This document shows positions 1 to 13,202 of a DNA stretch of 64,000 bases, in pieces. The notes beneath the pieces are model-generated. The model was not told the DNA's origin. It worked only from the letters and a program-made list of their open reading frames with translations, and made no database searches. Where the stretch lies: positions 1,959,502-2,023,501 of the forward strand of contig MU058059.1 in assembly GCA_013265495.1 (NCBI GenBank), read 5' to 3'. The stretch's first letter is position 1. Every line of letters begins with the position of its first letter. The position numbers and the translations under genes are program-made. This DNA is from Vicugna vicugna. Its lineage: Eukaryota.

Positions 1-40
1 ACTGCTCACAGTGGTCCCCGGTGGTGTTGTGCTGGCACGC
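1..40 (-). CDS. LAMA1: LAMA1 exon 17, partial (ACQHNTTGDHCEQ...), continues beyond the window
   Basis: Acceptor tgtgtcctag (41-50); LE motif C-x-HNTTG-x-HCE; phase 0, compatible with exon 16. Confidence 0.93.
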
Positions 41-2688
41 CTAGGACACACGCACGGGAAGAAGACTCACTCAGACCACCTGATGAACCTAAATCAATTC
101 AAGATGCAACTGGCCTTGGTAAATACCTACATGGTTGTGCTGAAAGTATTGTGCAAAATAACTAGTTTCATTAAAATACATTTGACTTATGCTCAATTGC
201 AAAACATTTATGATTTGCTTTCTTTGCTCAAAGGGCCAGATTGGGTCTTCTTTCTCTTTGGGAAAACTACGATGTAATTCTGTTGAAACACCTGCTGAAG
301 GTCTGTTTCAGCGTCTTCTCAGGTGGTGCCAGCATCCCTTTAAGTGACAGTCGCTGTTGGTGGGTGTGGGATGTGAGGGGATGGGAATTTTCAATTCCTT
401 GGGGAGGAAACACATGTTCTCTTGATTGGAAAAGGAGAAAAGGAAAAACCCGGGGGCCCAAGACATGCACAGCTGCATTTTATGCCCCTGTCTTTGCAAA
501 GGAAAGAAACTGATTTATCCCTGGAGTAAGAGCAGAGAGAGCTCAGAGAAAGGAGTAAGGACGCAGGTAAACTGTGGACGCTGGGTGACTGTGACGTGTG
601 TGTCTGGTCACCAAGTGTAACTGGTAGGGGGTGTTGGTAATGGGGGAGGATGAGCATGTTGGGGGAAGGGGCCTATGGGTAAGCTCCATTCCTTCCTCTC
701 AATTTTGCCGTAAACCTAAAACTACTCTTAAAAAATAGTCTTTAAAAAAAAGCATAGGAGCACTAAGAACTGGAAAAAGACTTCTCTCTAATAAACCATG
801 TATGAGGAGTTGACCCCTGGTAGCCAGATGATCACACGCAAGGCCAGGGGCTGCTAACAGCTATACAGAAGGAGGAATCAAAGATTCTGGTTAAACTAGA
901 ATTTTAAAAGTAGATTAAACAGATAAATGATGCTACCACATTTTTATACTTCCCTTGTATTCCAATCAAAGTTTTTATTATTTTTGTGCCCCTTTGATTA
1001 TTTAAAAAAGGGAAAAAATAGTTTTACAGTGGAAGAATCAAGCAGAGACCACGTTATCCGAGTGACCCAAGCTAACGTCCCCAGGAGAACACATGGCATC
1101 AGGGACCCCAATGGCACATGCTGAGAGAGCATGTCACCTCCAGGTCCTCTGGCCAAACGTGTCACCTCAGGCTCACGAGAAGGTGGACCAGCCCTACTGA
1201 GGGGCGGTCCACAGGGTAAGACTGAGAACTGTCAGAGCCTGAAGGGGGCAAGGCCCCCCAAGGCAGCGTGGGGCCCTGGGTGAGATGCTGGAGAGGAAGA
1301 AGGCCCCAAGCAGGAGATGGATGAGCGCTCAGCGCAGTCGTGGGGCTGATGATCCCAGTACTGACTGTGCGACGGGAGCATCAGGGGAAGCAGGGTGACT
1401 GACGAGGACACAGGACTCTGTCCTGTTTTTCTAACCTTCCCGTAAATCTGAAATTATTTGCAAAAAGTGTTAAAACTATACAAATTATTATTTACTGTAA
1501 TTAGAGCTTTAAGGCCAGTTGCTATTCAGCATTTTCACTTTCGTAGGAGCACATATTTTTGTAAATATATGTTAACAGAAGCAAATGCAAATGCTCTTCC
1601 AGCCCACCTGTCACTAAGACCATAGGTGGCACAACCATGCCCCGCGGATCACCCCCCCCCATGTTGACAGAGGCCTCTGGAGGCTGGTCTCTCAAACCAG
1701 AATGGCAAAGGGAGAGCAGTTTTAAAAATGCAAGGACCTCACCAAGCAGCCGGAAGCTGCACCTAAGGACTCATCCTGGAGGGACTTACTCCACGCCGCT
1801 CTCCAAGACGCTTCACTTACAGAACAAGTACGTGGACAGAGCACAGAACGGAAAGCCGTGCTTACAAAACAAAGACAAATTAGGCTCCAGGGAGAGTGAG
1901 CCAAGCTCTTCCCTGTGGTCTGATCATTAATTTTCTCTGGTCCTCTGACTCGATTGATCTCTTCTGGAAAAAGCATGACACTTTCCCAGGCTAGTGAATT
2001 ACCATACGCATTCAGTCCCCCTAGGAGCCGAGAATCCATCAGAGCCCGGGACTGCGGCCTGGCTCCCGGGCATCAGAGCCTAAAAGAATTCCTGACTGAA
2101 GTTAAAAAACAAGTCTTGCCCTGCATCTGCCCCAGAGTTCATTCTCAAGATGAACGACATATTTGTTAAGCCCTGCTTCATCTCCTACTGTGTGAAAGAA
2201 GTACTTGTTTGCAGAGTTTATCCAAGCTGACAACCACAAAGCGTTATGGATCGTAGGAACCAGTGAGATTATTAGAAGTGTTATGATTCCTCTCATGCTG
2301 CCCTATGTCATGTGATGTTAAAATCTACTAGCCCTTACATTGGAAGGATCTGACCTTTTTATCTTTTTAATTTAATCACTGGATAACATTTTCTACCTTT
2401 ATATTGTTTTATCATCTTGCTAAATAGTGACTCATTGTTCTAATAAAAAAAGAAACCTGCAGTGAAATTATACATCCTTTTTCTACTATCGCCAAAGCAA
2501 CCCTTCTTCAAAAACGGGGGGGAGGGGGCAGGAAACACTTTATGACTTGAACTTGGAGCTGCAGGTTTTCTTTGGGGTCTGCAGGGGCAGGGATGGTCGC
2601 TGTGGAGGGAGCATTTGCTTCACTCCCTTCGGCACAGTGACAGCTTCAGGGTGGGAGGAGGGGCATTCGCGCTCTTAGACAGACTCAC

Positions 2689-2799
2689 AAGACAGACGCC
2701 GTGAACATCGCACTCAGGGGCGTGGCCGTGGCATTCACAGGGCTGACAGATTCCTCCAAAGAGTATTCCATCTACACGGTAATGGCCAGGGAGGCAGGT
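2689..2799 (-). CDS. LAMA1: LAMA1 exon 16 (TCLPGHYRVDGILFGGICQPCECHGHAPECDVHGVCL)
   Basis: Acceptor cttgttttgcag, donor CTT|GTGAGT; 111 nt. Confidence 0.96.
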
Positions 2800-4419
2800 C
2801 TGCAAAACAAGTGGGGGACCGTGTGGGTGATGGCAGCTTTTTACATAAAGTGAATCATCTTCCCAGTATGTTAGAGACACAAACTGCTCAACTTTCCATG
2901 AACAGACACTTTTTTCTTTTTTCTTTCTTCCCCCAAAATATCCCATAAAATTGCACCCATTTAAGCATACAATTTGGTGATTTTTTTAAGTAAATTTACT
3001 GAGTTATAAAATCATCACCATAATTCAGTTCCTGATTTTTTTAAAGGTCTCTACCTTTAAAAACCTAACACTGTGCAATGAGTCAGCACACATCACAGTG
3101 CTCCTCCACTCAATGTTCTTAGAAATCATGTAACAGTCATTTAACCAGTGCTCCAATCAAGAGGACGTTTTTCTCTTGACTTTCTTTTGCTTTTGCTTAA
3201 AATTTATTAAATGTTTCCATCAAAGTGTTAAAGGCAGGTCTGTGTCAAACTGCAGGGGTTTACTTGTGCAAACATTACAGGCGTTGGAAGGCAACGTGGG
3301 CATTGAGGGGCCGGGGACCAACCCAGGCACTGTACTTCACGGGTCCTCGTGACCACCCTGAGCAATCGGTGTCTGTTCGACAGACATGGAATCGGGAGCA
3401 GGGGTGTTAGCTTCGGCCCACCAAGACAGTGCAGATTCAACGCCGGGTGTGCGCACCTCCAGCCCCACGTCCCCGGCTGCCTGGGCCACAGCAGAAGCGA
3501 AACACAGCTAGAGCGCAGCCTGGGGAATGGTTAATTTGGAGGCTGGCACACTCCCCTGGGGGCATGGGCGGAGGGGATGTGGATTTGTTACTGTTAGAAG
3601 AATTCTTAAAGAATGTTTCATTATACAAATAATGCATAATGCCTTCATTCACACTGACCTTGGGAAAGTCCCCAGACACCTCCTGGAAGCCCCACCCCCA
3701 GGGGACAGCGGGCTTGTCTACAGATGGGCTTGGGCAGGTGCCTGCCTGGAGGGTGGGGGTGGCGGCCACAGTGCTCCCCCAGATTCCATTCCCAGCCATA
3801 GCTGCCTGATGCCTCAAGTCAGCTTCTAGGTAAAGGTCTGATTAGAGAATGAGTTTTGCTTAATAGAAACACATGCAAAGGAACGCGTGAGCCTCCTGGG
3901 CTTGCCTGAGCCATCACCCCACGCGCACCAGCACCCACCCTCCCCTCCCCTCTGGAGCTCCACTGACTTCTCCAGCAGCAGCTGCTCTCTGCTGCCCCCT
4001 CCAGGTCTAGCTGGCCGGGGCTTCTACTTCCATGATTCTCACTGTCCCCTCAGTTCCCACATCCACACACTGAGGTTGTCTGAGGGTCATTTATCCATTA
4101 AACACTAGAACCAAAGGGATTAAGAACTGGGAACACCTGTTAGGCCTAAAAATAAATGAGATGTTAAAAAAAAAAGTTCACTGGTCCCCACCTCCTGCCA
4201 AAAAATCCTGCCAAATATTTAAAATAGAAATAAAAAGATTTAATTAAATATCTACATCATAAAGCATTAAGCCATCTTTATTAACTGCCAAGTCAGTAAC
4301 TGATAAAGACAGAAACAAATTATAGGTTAAATGTTCTCATTTTGTAAAAATGACTGCCAAGAAATCACAGCTAGGGACAAATGTTCACAGTCACAGTCAA
4401 TCAAGAACACGTGAGAGGC

Positions 4420-4650
4420 AGGACCACGTGATGGTTAACAGCCCAGATCATGTTCAAATCCTGATATGACAACTTCTGAGATGTGTGACCTCGGTCAAGT
4501 TACTTAACCTCTCTGTGCCTCAGTTTCCTAATCTGTGGAACAGAAAGTGTATGAAGTACCTACCTGATAGGGTTGTTGTAAGGATTAAATGAGAAAACAT
4601 GTGGAAAGGGCTCAGAACAATACCAAAGACATACAAAGTTCTCAGTATGA
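4420..4650 (+). mobile_element. MIR SINE
   Basis: Core tgtgacctcggtcaagttacttaacctctctgtgcctcagtttcctaatctgt. Confidence 0.8.
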
Positions 4651-5165
4651 GAGAGTTACTATCAATATATATATTCAAATAATTGCAAAATATATTTCAA
4701 AATTTTTTAAGCAACAGATTGCTTTTGATGACTGCAAGTGTAGTTTCATGTACTGCGTGTGTGAGGTGACATCCACCTAAGTAACATAGCCTGGGGCCAG
4801 AAAAAGTCTCCAGACAGGCCTGGCTTGTGTAAAGCTTTCAGATCGCATGTTGGTAATGGGTACACGCTCAAATAAGATCAAGTTCAGTCCTCCTTAGAAA
4901 TGCAGATATGGCGTGAGCCTTGCAGCTTCCCTGCTGACTCAGCAGGAGAGCAGCCCCTCCTCAGGGCATTCCCAGGCGCCCCAGAGGACTCTTGAGTTCT
5001 TTACACAAGGTGGCTCCTAATATTGCTATAGCTCCCCCTAAGTCTGAAGTTTAGAAACAATGGGTTTCCGAAGTTAAAATTCAAATGTGCACCATCACAC
5101 CACCTTCGATGAGCTTTTTCCCTGTAAGAAGGAGAAAAGAAGAGCAGAAGGGAGGAGGCGCGTAC

Positions 5166-5277
5166 CTCACAGGAGATGCCCGCGTAGCCCTGGGGACACT
5201 CGCACTGCTCCACCTCCGTGGCCAGGGCCAGGTCTATCACGTTAGGGCTGGCCGTGTCCAGAGAGACAGAATCCAAC
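5166..5277 (-). CDS. LAMA1: LAMA1 exon 15 (LDSVSLDTASPNVIDLALATEVEQCECPQGYAGISCE)
   Basis: Acceptor tctgcttgcag, donor GAG|GTACGC; 112 nt. Confidence 0.96.
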
Positions 5278-6017
5278 CTGCAAGCAGACGGCATCGTTAC
5301 ATGACTTACACACCCGCACGTGGCATCTAACACCTCAAAGAAGACGGATTCCTAAAAAAGATTCAATTCACACAAAATGGTGTCGTGGTTTTCCTAAATA
5401 ACTAAAGATTTTCACAACAGCACGTCTTCTGGGAGCTGTCATTATTCCCCGGAAATGCCTTCGCCCTTTGGTACAAAGACAGCTGTGGGAAGGCTCTGGG
5501 GGCCCACTCCGAAGAATGAACTTCAGAAGCAAGAGCCCATTCTGCTGAACTGTCTCCAGTGCAGACAGACTGTCTCTGCATGTGCAGTTCTGTGGCTGCT
5601 TTAGCTGCATCAAGGTGCGCTTAGCCTGGCATTGCCAGAAATTGACCTTTTTGAGGAAACAAAATGGCTAAGGATGGATTCATGAGCTTAAATAGCCTGT
5701 GTGACGTCTAAGACCATTAACATCAGGAGGGTGGAAACCAGATGCAACGCGGTCACCTCACTGGGCATTTCTCAGAAAACCACACTGAAAACTTCTGATC
5801 TGAACGTCAAGCCTGCCTCCTACCAGGCACATTTGTCATGCACAACTCTTCTTACGTCTTCACTAACGTAGTAATAAAAACTAATTTTAAGACAGTTCCA
5901 TTAGCCATGTCCTTAAAATAATCAAGTAAAGTATATTTGGCTTTTAAAATGTCCTATAATGCATAAAAACGGACTGATGTGTCCTCGCAGTACATATCCC
6001 CCCATTTCAATACACAC

Positions 6018-6229
6018 CTGTAATGAGCCATCTTTGCGGAATTGTAGTTGGCTCTGATCAAGAGATGCGTCACGTTGGCCAGGACGGTCATCAGCTGGTC
6101 GCGATCCACCTCCCTCTTGCTATTAAGATCCTGGAAGTTCTCAGGCACAAGTCTAACCACATTGAGGTACTCTTCATACGGCTGCAGTGACAGGCCCTCA
6201 GCCTGGGTGCTTAAAGTGAGTCCATTTCC
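6018..6229 (-). CDS. LAMA1: LAMA1 exon 14 (GNGLTLSTQAEGLSLQPYEEYLNVVRLVPENF...NSAKMAHYR)
   Basis: Acceptor aaatgttag, donor CAG|GTGTGT; 212 nt. Confidence 0.96.
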
Positions 6230-7140
6230 CTAACATTTAAAAACAAGAGGAAATACATTCATAATTCAATTTTGGGATCAAAAAATAAAAGCAAATTTTG
6301 TATTCAGCCATGTGGCTGTTTACTTGTGTGCAAGCTTTTGGGCAAATGTGTATGTAATGATGTCTGAAGCTCTTGGTCCAGGACAGTCAGGGAGAAGATG
6401 TTTCACTGCATGGCTCTGTGAGGGATCTAAAGCCTGTGTCCTTCACTGGGATCGCAGAAAAGACACAAAGTCACATGCTAGCCCACAATTTACCTCAAAG
6501 CACCCAATCTGACACCCCTAACCTTTAACTGAAGGACAAAAGTGAAAAAAAAAGTATTTAAATAACCCTCTAGCTTCTCATGAAATTGTTGTGAACAAAA
6601 ATGATTTCCTGCACACCACTTCCACCTGCCACAGGTTGGAGGTGGAGGAACAGGTCAGTAAAGGTAACCAGAGGGGAGCCAGGCCCTGCGGACAAGACCT
6701 GAAGTGGCTTCTTACCACTCTGGGAGCCCTTCTGGGTCTTTCTGTGATGGGTGAGGATACAGGGTCAGGGACAGAGGTTGGGGACAAAAATGACAAAGCA
6801 CCTCCTGCCCTCACATGGTCAGGCACTGCTGCCTAATCATTCGTGTAGGGAGAATGTGGCGGGAGGGAGCAGGGACTCAAAGGGCCCAAGGGGAAGTTCC
6901 CACATGGAGGACACTCATCTCCCATTACAACGTGGAAAGATGGCTCAGATGGGGCATTGAGGCAGAGCTCCCCGTGCTGCCCCGAGGCCATTCTGGAAAC
7001 GCCCGGTCTCCCGGTTTCCGGAGGAGGCAGAGCACCTGCGCAGAGCTCCTGCTACGACGGCCTCGCTTAACCACCGTCAGCCCTGACACTGTCACCTCGC
7101 GCAGCCCTCTGCTCCAGCAAAGCCACGTGAGAGCAGTCAC

Positions 7141-7242
7141 CTTGATGATGACATCAGCGTGAGACGTGAGGTCACCGTCCACCGTCTCCACTGGAACCTC
7201 GTAAGACACTGTGTACTTCAGGAATCCACCAAACGCCGTCAG
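7141..7242 (-). CDS. LAMA1: LAMA1 exon 13 (LTAFGGFLKYTVSYEVPVETVDGDLTSHADVIIK)
   Basis: Acceptor acattccag, donor AAG|GTGACT; 102 nt. Confidence 0.96.
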
Positions 7243-8638
7243 CTGGAATGTGTAAGTGAGAGTGAACACCGAGGGGACCAGTCATAGCCCTCAGCGAGAC
7301 AAGCAAGTCACTAGGCTCCATCTGGAAACCACAGGCCGCGAGCTGTCCTGGTGGCCACTGTACAAAAGGACTTTACGTTAAAGGCAGTGCAAGGAACCAC
7401 ACTGTGTGAATGGTCTGATATTACGAAATGCAGGATATTGTTGAGATGCACAGAAGAAAACGTACTCCTTCTCAGAGACCCCAGGTACGTTACTGTGGAC
7501 TTCTGCTGGCCCCACAAAGGACATTTATTCCACCCAAGTGCTTTGGGGATGGTGAGTTGGATCCCACAATCTCAACATGTGGTCTCATCGCCCTGCTTGC
7601 AGGCGGGCAGAGGGACATGTCTGATCAGCTAAAGGAAGGTCTAAGGTCTTTCTTCCCGATCAGACAGCCTTTAACGTAAAGGAGATTTTCTCTCTGCCAG
7701 GTGTGTTACAACAAGCAATGTTCAGAAGCCAGTCTTTGACCGTAAGACTGGAGAGGTGATCTCAAGACACATACGAACAAAACTGATGAGTTCTGGTGAT
7801 GAGATCACATTCTCAACAGAAAACATCTTCTAAGACTGTAATTTGATGGGAAAAATCATCATTTTCAAAAATAAACACCACTGAAACAAACACAAAGCTA
7901 CAAAATTAACACATAGTCATCAAATTAGCTAGACATGTGCCAAGGGGCAGGATCTACACCACACATACCTTTACTTTAAAACAAACCGAACGCACGGTTA
8001 AGGTGAGCAGGGACCTATAGGTACTGAGAGAGATTCCACTGAACATGTTTTCAGATCAGTCAGGGCCTGGAGAGAAGCTGCAAAATTGGTGAGGAGGGAT
8101 GGGACCTTGGCACTGAAGGGAAACATTAAATCCTACCAACCAACATCCCACTTTGCAGTATCACTGTTTAGCACTTTCTTAAATGTGAACTTCATGTGAG
8201 CAACAACCATGATAAAGAAGCTGGGGGCAGCTCAGTGGTTCCCCGCACAACCTTTCCAAGTGCTCTTGGCCAGGCTAAGACAGGTGCACAGCCAGCTCCA
8301 CAAGGCAAGGAGGTGACGGCCACGTCACAATGGCCCAAGTGGTCCAGGAACCCAAAGCAAAGCAGAAAGAGGAGACAAGACTTCACACAGCAGACCCCCT
8401 AGGACTGGGCCAGCAGGAACAGAAGTCAAATTTTAATGATGTAATAAAATCAAACAAGGATAAAAAGACCACGTGAGTCAGGCTGAGTAAAGGCTGTATA
8501 ATATTCTGACCCCAGACCCGAGACCAATGAGACTACTTGGAAGGCAAATGGAAGTTCTTCCTTGAAGCGCTCTGACGTCTTTGCCCAAGACGCCATCACG
8601 GGAGGTAACATCTCCAGAAGTAAGGTAACCGGAAGTAC

Positions 8639-8812
8639 CTTGTTTCCGAGGTAGGCCTCCGGGGCGGACCAGTAATACTTGGACGTCAGCCTCTGCAGCG
8701 CCGCCGAGTTGTTGATGCTGATCTGGTGACGCCCGCCCAGCGCGTCCTGCTGAGATGGGATCTGCCTGGAACTGACCAAGTCGGTGACCAGCCACCCAGA
8801 CATCTCTTTTAC
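8639..8812 (-). CDS. LAMA1: LAMA1 exon 12 (VKEMSGWLVTDLVSSRQ...YYWSAPEAYLGNK), L4a domain
   Basis: Acceptor tcttttgttaag, donor AAG|GTACTT; 174 nt; YYWxAPxxYLGNK laminin IV motif. Confidence 0.95.
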
Positions 8813-9873
8813 CTTAACAAAAGACCCAAGAATTTCAGAACAAGAAACAGAAGCCACCTAGGGTTCACTCAGCCCAGCACTAGTGTCTTCACAGTGAAGA
8901 TGAACCAGAGGCTTGGCCAGGGATGAAGTCAGCACCCGGTGGCCCTTCTGCTAGTCCAAGGGCGGGAGAACTGAGGATGAGTCACGCGTCCCCCAAAGCC
9001 AGGTCAACTGTAAGCAAACAGAGGGGCAGCACCGCAAGGCCATGGACACACAGCTGAGGTTAAAGAATAGCGACGAACCCAATAAATGCGTTGAGTAAAA
9101 TGTCTTTTGCTAACTCTGACTTCTCAGTTGCTGCCCCCGTCTTTTTAGCCAAATGCTGGAAAGTGTATAAAATAACCTCCAGATTCTGTCCCCTCAATCT
9201 GTCGCCTGCGTAGAGATGACAGGAGAGCACCCAGAGGGACCCACCCCCATTTGCAAGTACTGATCAGAACCCTCTCTCCCCCGGTGGCCCCCACTCCTCT
9301 CCAGGGGGCGGTAAGGAGGGAGGAGGGAGGGAAAGGAGGAGGGTTGGGAACAGGCCTACCTCCGGCCATCAGGCTGTCCTCCCCAGTCCCCAATCAGCAC
9401 CCCCTCGGGCTCATCCCCCCAACACCCTCCGATCCCCAGATGGCAGGGGACCCTGCCTGCTTTCATAATCTCTGCACCACCGGCCGCTGTCTCGCCCTTG
9501 CCAGCTTCCTTGAGCTAGAACATAACCTCACGTCCTCCTCTGCTTCCTGGCCTGAGACCGGTGGGGCTGGTGGGTGAGATCTGACCCTACAACTTGATGC
9601 ACTGCCCCACAGAAGAAATTTAAACACGACGCATTCTACAACACTGTAGTATCCCACTGCTTCGATAGGGAAATGTACGTGGGAACAAACACGTGAACTA
9701 GAATGAAACTTCAGTGACACTTTGGTAGCGGGCAGCCTTCAGTCCATGCCACGTCAGTCCTAACGGTGAGACCAGTGTTACAAAAAAGGCAGCTCACGGC
9801 TTCCTAACAGCACTCGAGAGTTCATCTGAGACGGTGCACTTATCACGTCCTGGCTCGGGGAAGGGGCCCGCAC

Positions 9874-10014
9874 CTGACTGACGGGCCAGGAGAGGCTGCC
9901 GCAAACGTCAGAAACGCCAAAGCAGAAGCACTCGGAGCAGCCCTGGGGGTTTCTTGCGTTCAAGTTATAGAACCCCGGCTTGCAGCGGTCACAGTGTCTC
10001 CCCTCCACGTTTTC
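9874..10014 (-). CDS. LAMA1: LAMA1 exon 11 (ENVEGRHCDRCKPGFYNLNARNPQGCSECFCFGVSDVCGSLSWPVSQ)
   Basis: Acceptor ctctgacctgcag, donor CAG|GTGCGG; 141 nt. Confidence 0.96.
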
Positions 10015-10949
10015 CTGCAGGTCAGAGTAAAGTCAACTTTGGAAGTCAACAGGTAGACAAAATAAAACGACATGAACAGCATATTAGCAGGAAAGATGTC
10101 TGCTGACCAAGAGATACCAGTAAATAAACAGATGCTCAGAGTAAATGTGAAGCCTCATGATGCCACTATTTCCAGCTATTCTGAAATACTTACCATTTGA
10201 TTCTGCAGTCAAGGCTGTAGCCAGGGATCCTAGAGCTCGGTCATTATATTTAAATGGCTTTTTCATATTGTTTGATTTTAAATCCCTGTTTGCTGGTCTT
10301 CAAAGCAGCTTTCAAGATCTGAAGAGGACTATGTAATTGTCGTGCCAATAGATGCTCAAGAGTATTTTCCATCATATGTAACATGTGCCTAAGACTCTGC
10401 TTACGTGGGAATAAGCAACGAGATGCAGCTGGAAGGCTAATGATTTACGAGGGAGATAGTTACTAATATCAAATAACACCTCCTTGCATCAGATTAATGC
10501 TTTTCTTATCATTGTTCAGTTCCTTTTTAAGGGAAATCCAAACTAATCTATCTGCCTTTAACTAATGTTCTTAGAAATGTCGTGTTTACCCGGTTCTCCT
10601 CTAAACATAAAGCTGGAGAGGGACATCATAGAAGAGGCAGAAGCCAAGGCCTGAGAAATACAGTATTTGGTCTCATCCAGGAAGGCACGGAAATGCCTCT
10701 GGAGCATCTGGCCATTGCCTGAAAGGCACCAAAACAGAAAATCAGGTACACGCCTAAGTCCAAGGACATATTCTGTGGCCAGTTCACCGTGACATAAAGT
10801 CACGTTTCTCAGGAAGGTGTGGGGAGGGGGTGGTTCTGCTTAATCCTCAATGCTCTGCTTAGGAACTGACCATCTGAGTCAATGGAATGCGTCCAATTTT
10901 CAGGAAACCTCAAAGGAAACTCGGAGACGGCTTTAACCTCCAGACGTAC

Positions 10950-11110
10950 CTTACAGAGACAAGACTCGGAGCAGGGTTCCTCATTCAAGCTGCCAGCTGG
11001 ACTGCAGTCACAGGGCACACAGGCAGGGTAACCCTTATAGCCAAACTGGCAGCGGTCACATTTTTCTCCCGCATAACCTTCCTTGCAGGGACACTGACCT
11101 GGCCACTTCC
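10950..11110 (-). CDS. LAMA1: LAMA1 exon 10 (GKWPGQCPCKEGYAGEKCDRCQFGYKGYPACVPCDC...CLCK)
   Basis: Acceptor ttcttgtcttccag, donor AAG|GTACGT; 161 nt. Confidence 0.96.
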
Positions 11111-11162
11111 CTGGAAGACAAGAATGGCAGTGACCAGCGGGAAGGCAGGAGAGGCTTAAAGT

Positions 11163-11378
11163 GGGGGTCGGCCAACTACTGCTGTAAAGGGGCAGAGAGT
11201 AGATGTTTCAGGCTTTCTAGCCAGAGTCTCTGTTGCAACAATTCAGCTCTGCCCGTATTGCTTGAGAGCAGCCATAGATAACACGCAAACAGGTGGACAC
11301 AGCTCTGTTCCAATAAAACCACTTATAAAAACAAGTGGTGCCAGATATGGCCCATGGACCATAGTTTGTCAACCCCTG
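11163..11378. mobile_element. MER58A-like hAT-Charlie non-autonomous DNA transposon
   Basis: Terminal inverted repeats ggggtcggccaacta...tagtttgtcaacccc; internal gtctctgttgcaacaattcagctctgc and gttccaataaaac. Confidence 0.75.
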
Positions 11379-11404
11379 GTTTAAAGGAAGAAAAGGGAGA
11401 TAAA

Positions 11405-12040
11405 GAGGCTGGTGGGAAATGGTGCAGGAGCTTTTGAAGCCATTTGGGAAAGTGCTAAGTATAGAGCTACTGTAAGATCTAGAAATACGACTCCTAAGTA
11501 TGTTGTCAAGAAAAATGGAAACATACATCCCCCCTAAACAACTTGCACATGAATGTTTATAGCAGCACTATTCACAACAGCTGAAAAGTCGTAAGTTCCC
11601 CAATGTCCATCCACTGATGAAGGGAGAAATCAAATACGCACAGAACGGAGTGCTGTTCAGCAGTGAAAAGGATGTCGTTCTGACACCTGCTACAACAGGT
11701 ATGGACCTTGAAAACATTATGCCAAGTGGGAGAAACCAGTCACAAGAGACCGCATAGTGTATGTTTCTATATACGGAATGTCCAGAATAAGTAGGTCTAC
11801 GGAGAGAAAGTAGATTAAGGGTTGCCCAGAGCTGGGGGAGGAGGGGATGGAAGGAAATAGGCAAGGATTGCCAATGAATAAGGGGCTTTCTTTTGGGGTG
11901 ATTGATGAAAATGTACTCATATTAGATTGTGGTGATGGCTGCACTCACAAATACACTGAAAAACAATGAACTGTAAACTTTAAATGGGTGTACTGTATGG
12001 CAGTCCATTATATCACAAAATAAAGCTTTTATTTTAAAAG
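11405..12040 (+). mobile_element. Old L1M (L1MB-type) 3' region
   Basis: gaatgtttatagcagcactattcac...aatgtccatccactgatgaa...tttcttttggggtgattgatgaaaatgt... Confidence 0.75.
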
Positions 12041-12249
12041 CCCAAAAACAAATGGTAGAGAGCAAAGAGCACTATTTTAGCTTTTAATGCCAGCTTTGAC
12101 AGCTTCTGGTTGTGTATACTGGTCAAGTTTCTTAAATTTTCTGAGTTACAGTTTCCTTGCCTGTTAAATGGGCAAAATTATTTTTATCTGCTATGGTTGA
12201 AAGTTAAAATGATCTGCATTTCCAGGTGAACCCAATCAAGGGTAACTGT

Positions 12250-12355
12250 CATCACTATTATCACCACCACCATCACCACCACCACCATTATCATCACCAC
12301 CATCACCATTATCATCACCACCATTATCACCACCATCACCACCATCATCATCATC
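12250..12355. repeat. Imperfect (CAC/CAT)n microsatellite
   Basis: atcactattatcaccaccaccatcaccacc...catcatcat. Confidence 0.95.
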
Positions 12356-13096
12356 TCGTCACAGCTCCCACGTTAAGAATCATTCAGCCATGTAATTTAC
12401 TGTTCACGTTGCCAGCGGGCCCCATCATCAGTGTACCCTTCCCGCCTGGTTGATACCCATTTTAACTGCTAGTGAGGGAGTATCTGAGGAGGTCGCAGAA
12501 GGCTCTGAAGAGATTCAACCTATTCAGGAGACTCTGGCCTTTGTCAGTCAATCTGCCAGTTTTTGAAACAGAAGGAACACTGACATTTACCAAGCTACCT
12601 GGAGGATTCGCTTGCTCTGTGAGATGATGTGCGCTAAGCCTTCCCAGTGTCTTCTATGAGCTGAATCAAGTGACTGCTATCTACTGTGTCCTGCACATGA
12701 CTTTAAACCAAGCCTTATTTCTTCTTTCATCAAATGCTCAATTAAGCTCTCAAATGTCATTTCATCAGCCTAACATTGCCGTCTCCACCCACTATCTCCC
12801 TCCCATCACGATTGCTAATTCTGCCTTATGTCCGTGGCACTGACCCCCACCTGGCATTATATTGCACGTGTACTTGTTCCTTCAGCGTCTGCCTATGAGC
12901 AGGGACCTTGATCTCCTATTCAAACATATGTTCCTGGCCGTAGAAAACTGCCTGACAAATACTGATAAAGATGCAGTGAACAAAAGAATAAACAGAGGAT
13001 CATATCACCAAATTGCTACGAAACAGTCTCCCTAGGTACAAATCTTAAACACACACACGAATCAATTACAAGCACAAAAACGAACCAAGTACTCAC

Positions 13097-13202
13097 CTCT
13101 GTGTATGTCAGAATGATGGTCATCCTTAATACAGACAGAACTGAGGGACCCCCGAGGGTCACAGTCACAGGGGTGACAAGGGTGGTCCTCATAAGGAGAC
13201 AC
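13097..13202 (-). CDS. LAMA1: LAMA1 exon 9 (VSPYEDHPCHPCDCDPRGSLSSVCIKDDHHSDIHR)
   Basis: Acceptor ctctgcttttcag, donor AGAG|GTGAGT; 106 nt. Confidence 0.95.

Noticed and set aside
12226..12453. Poly-His ORF
   Set aside because: It is a translation of the (CAC/CAT)n microsatellite.
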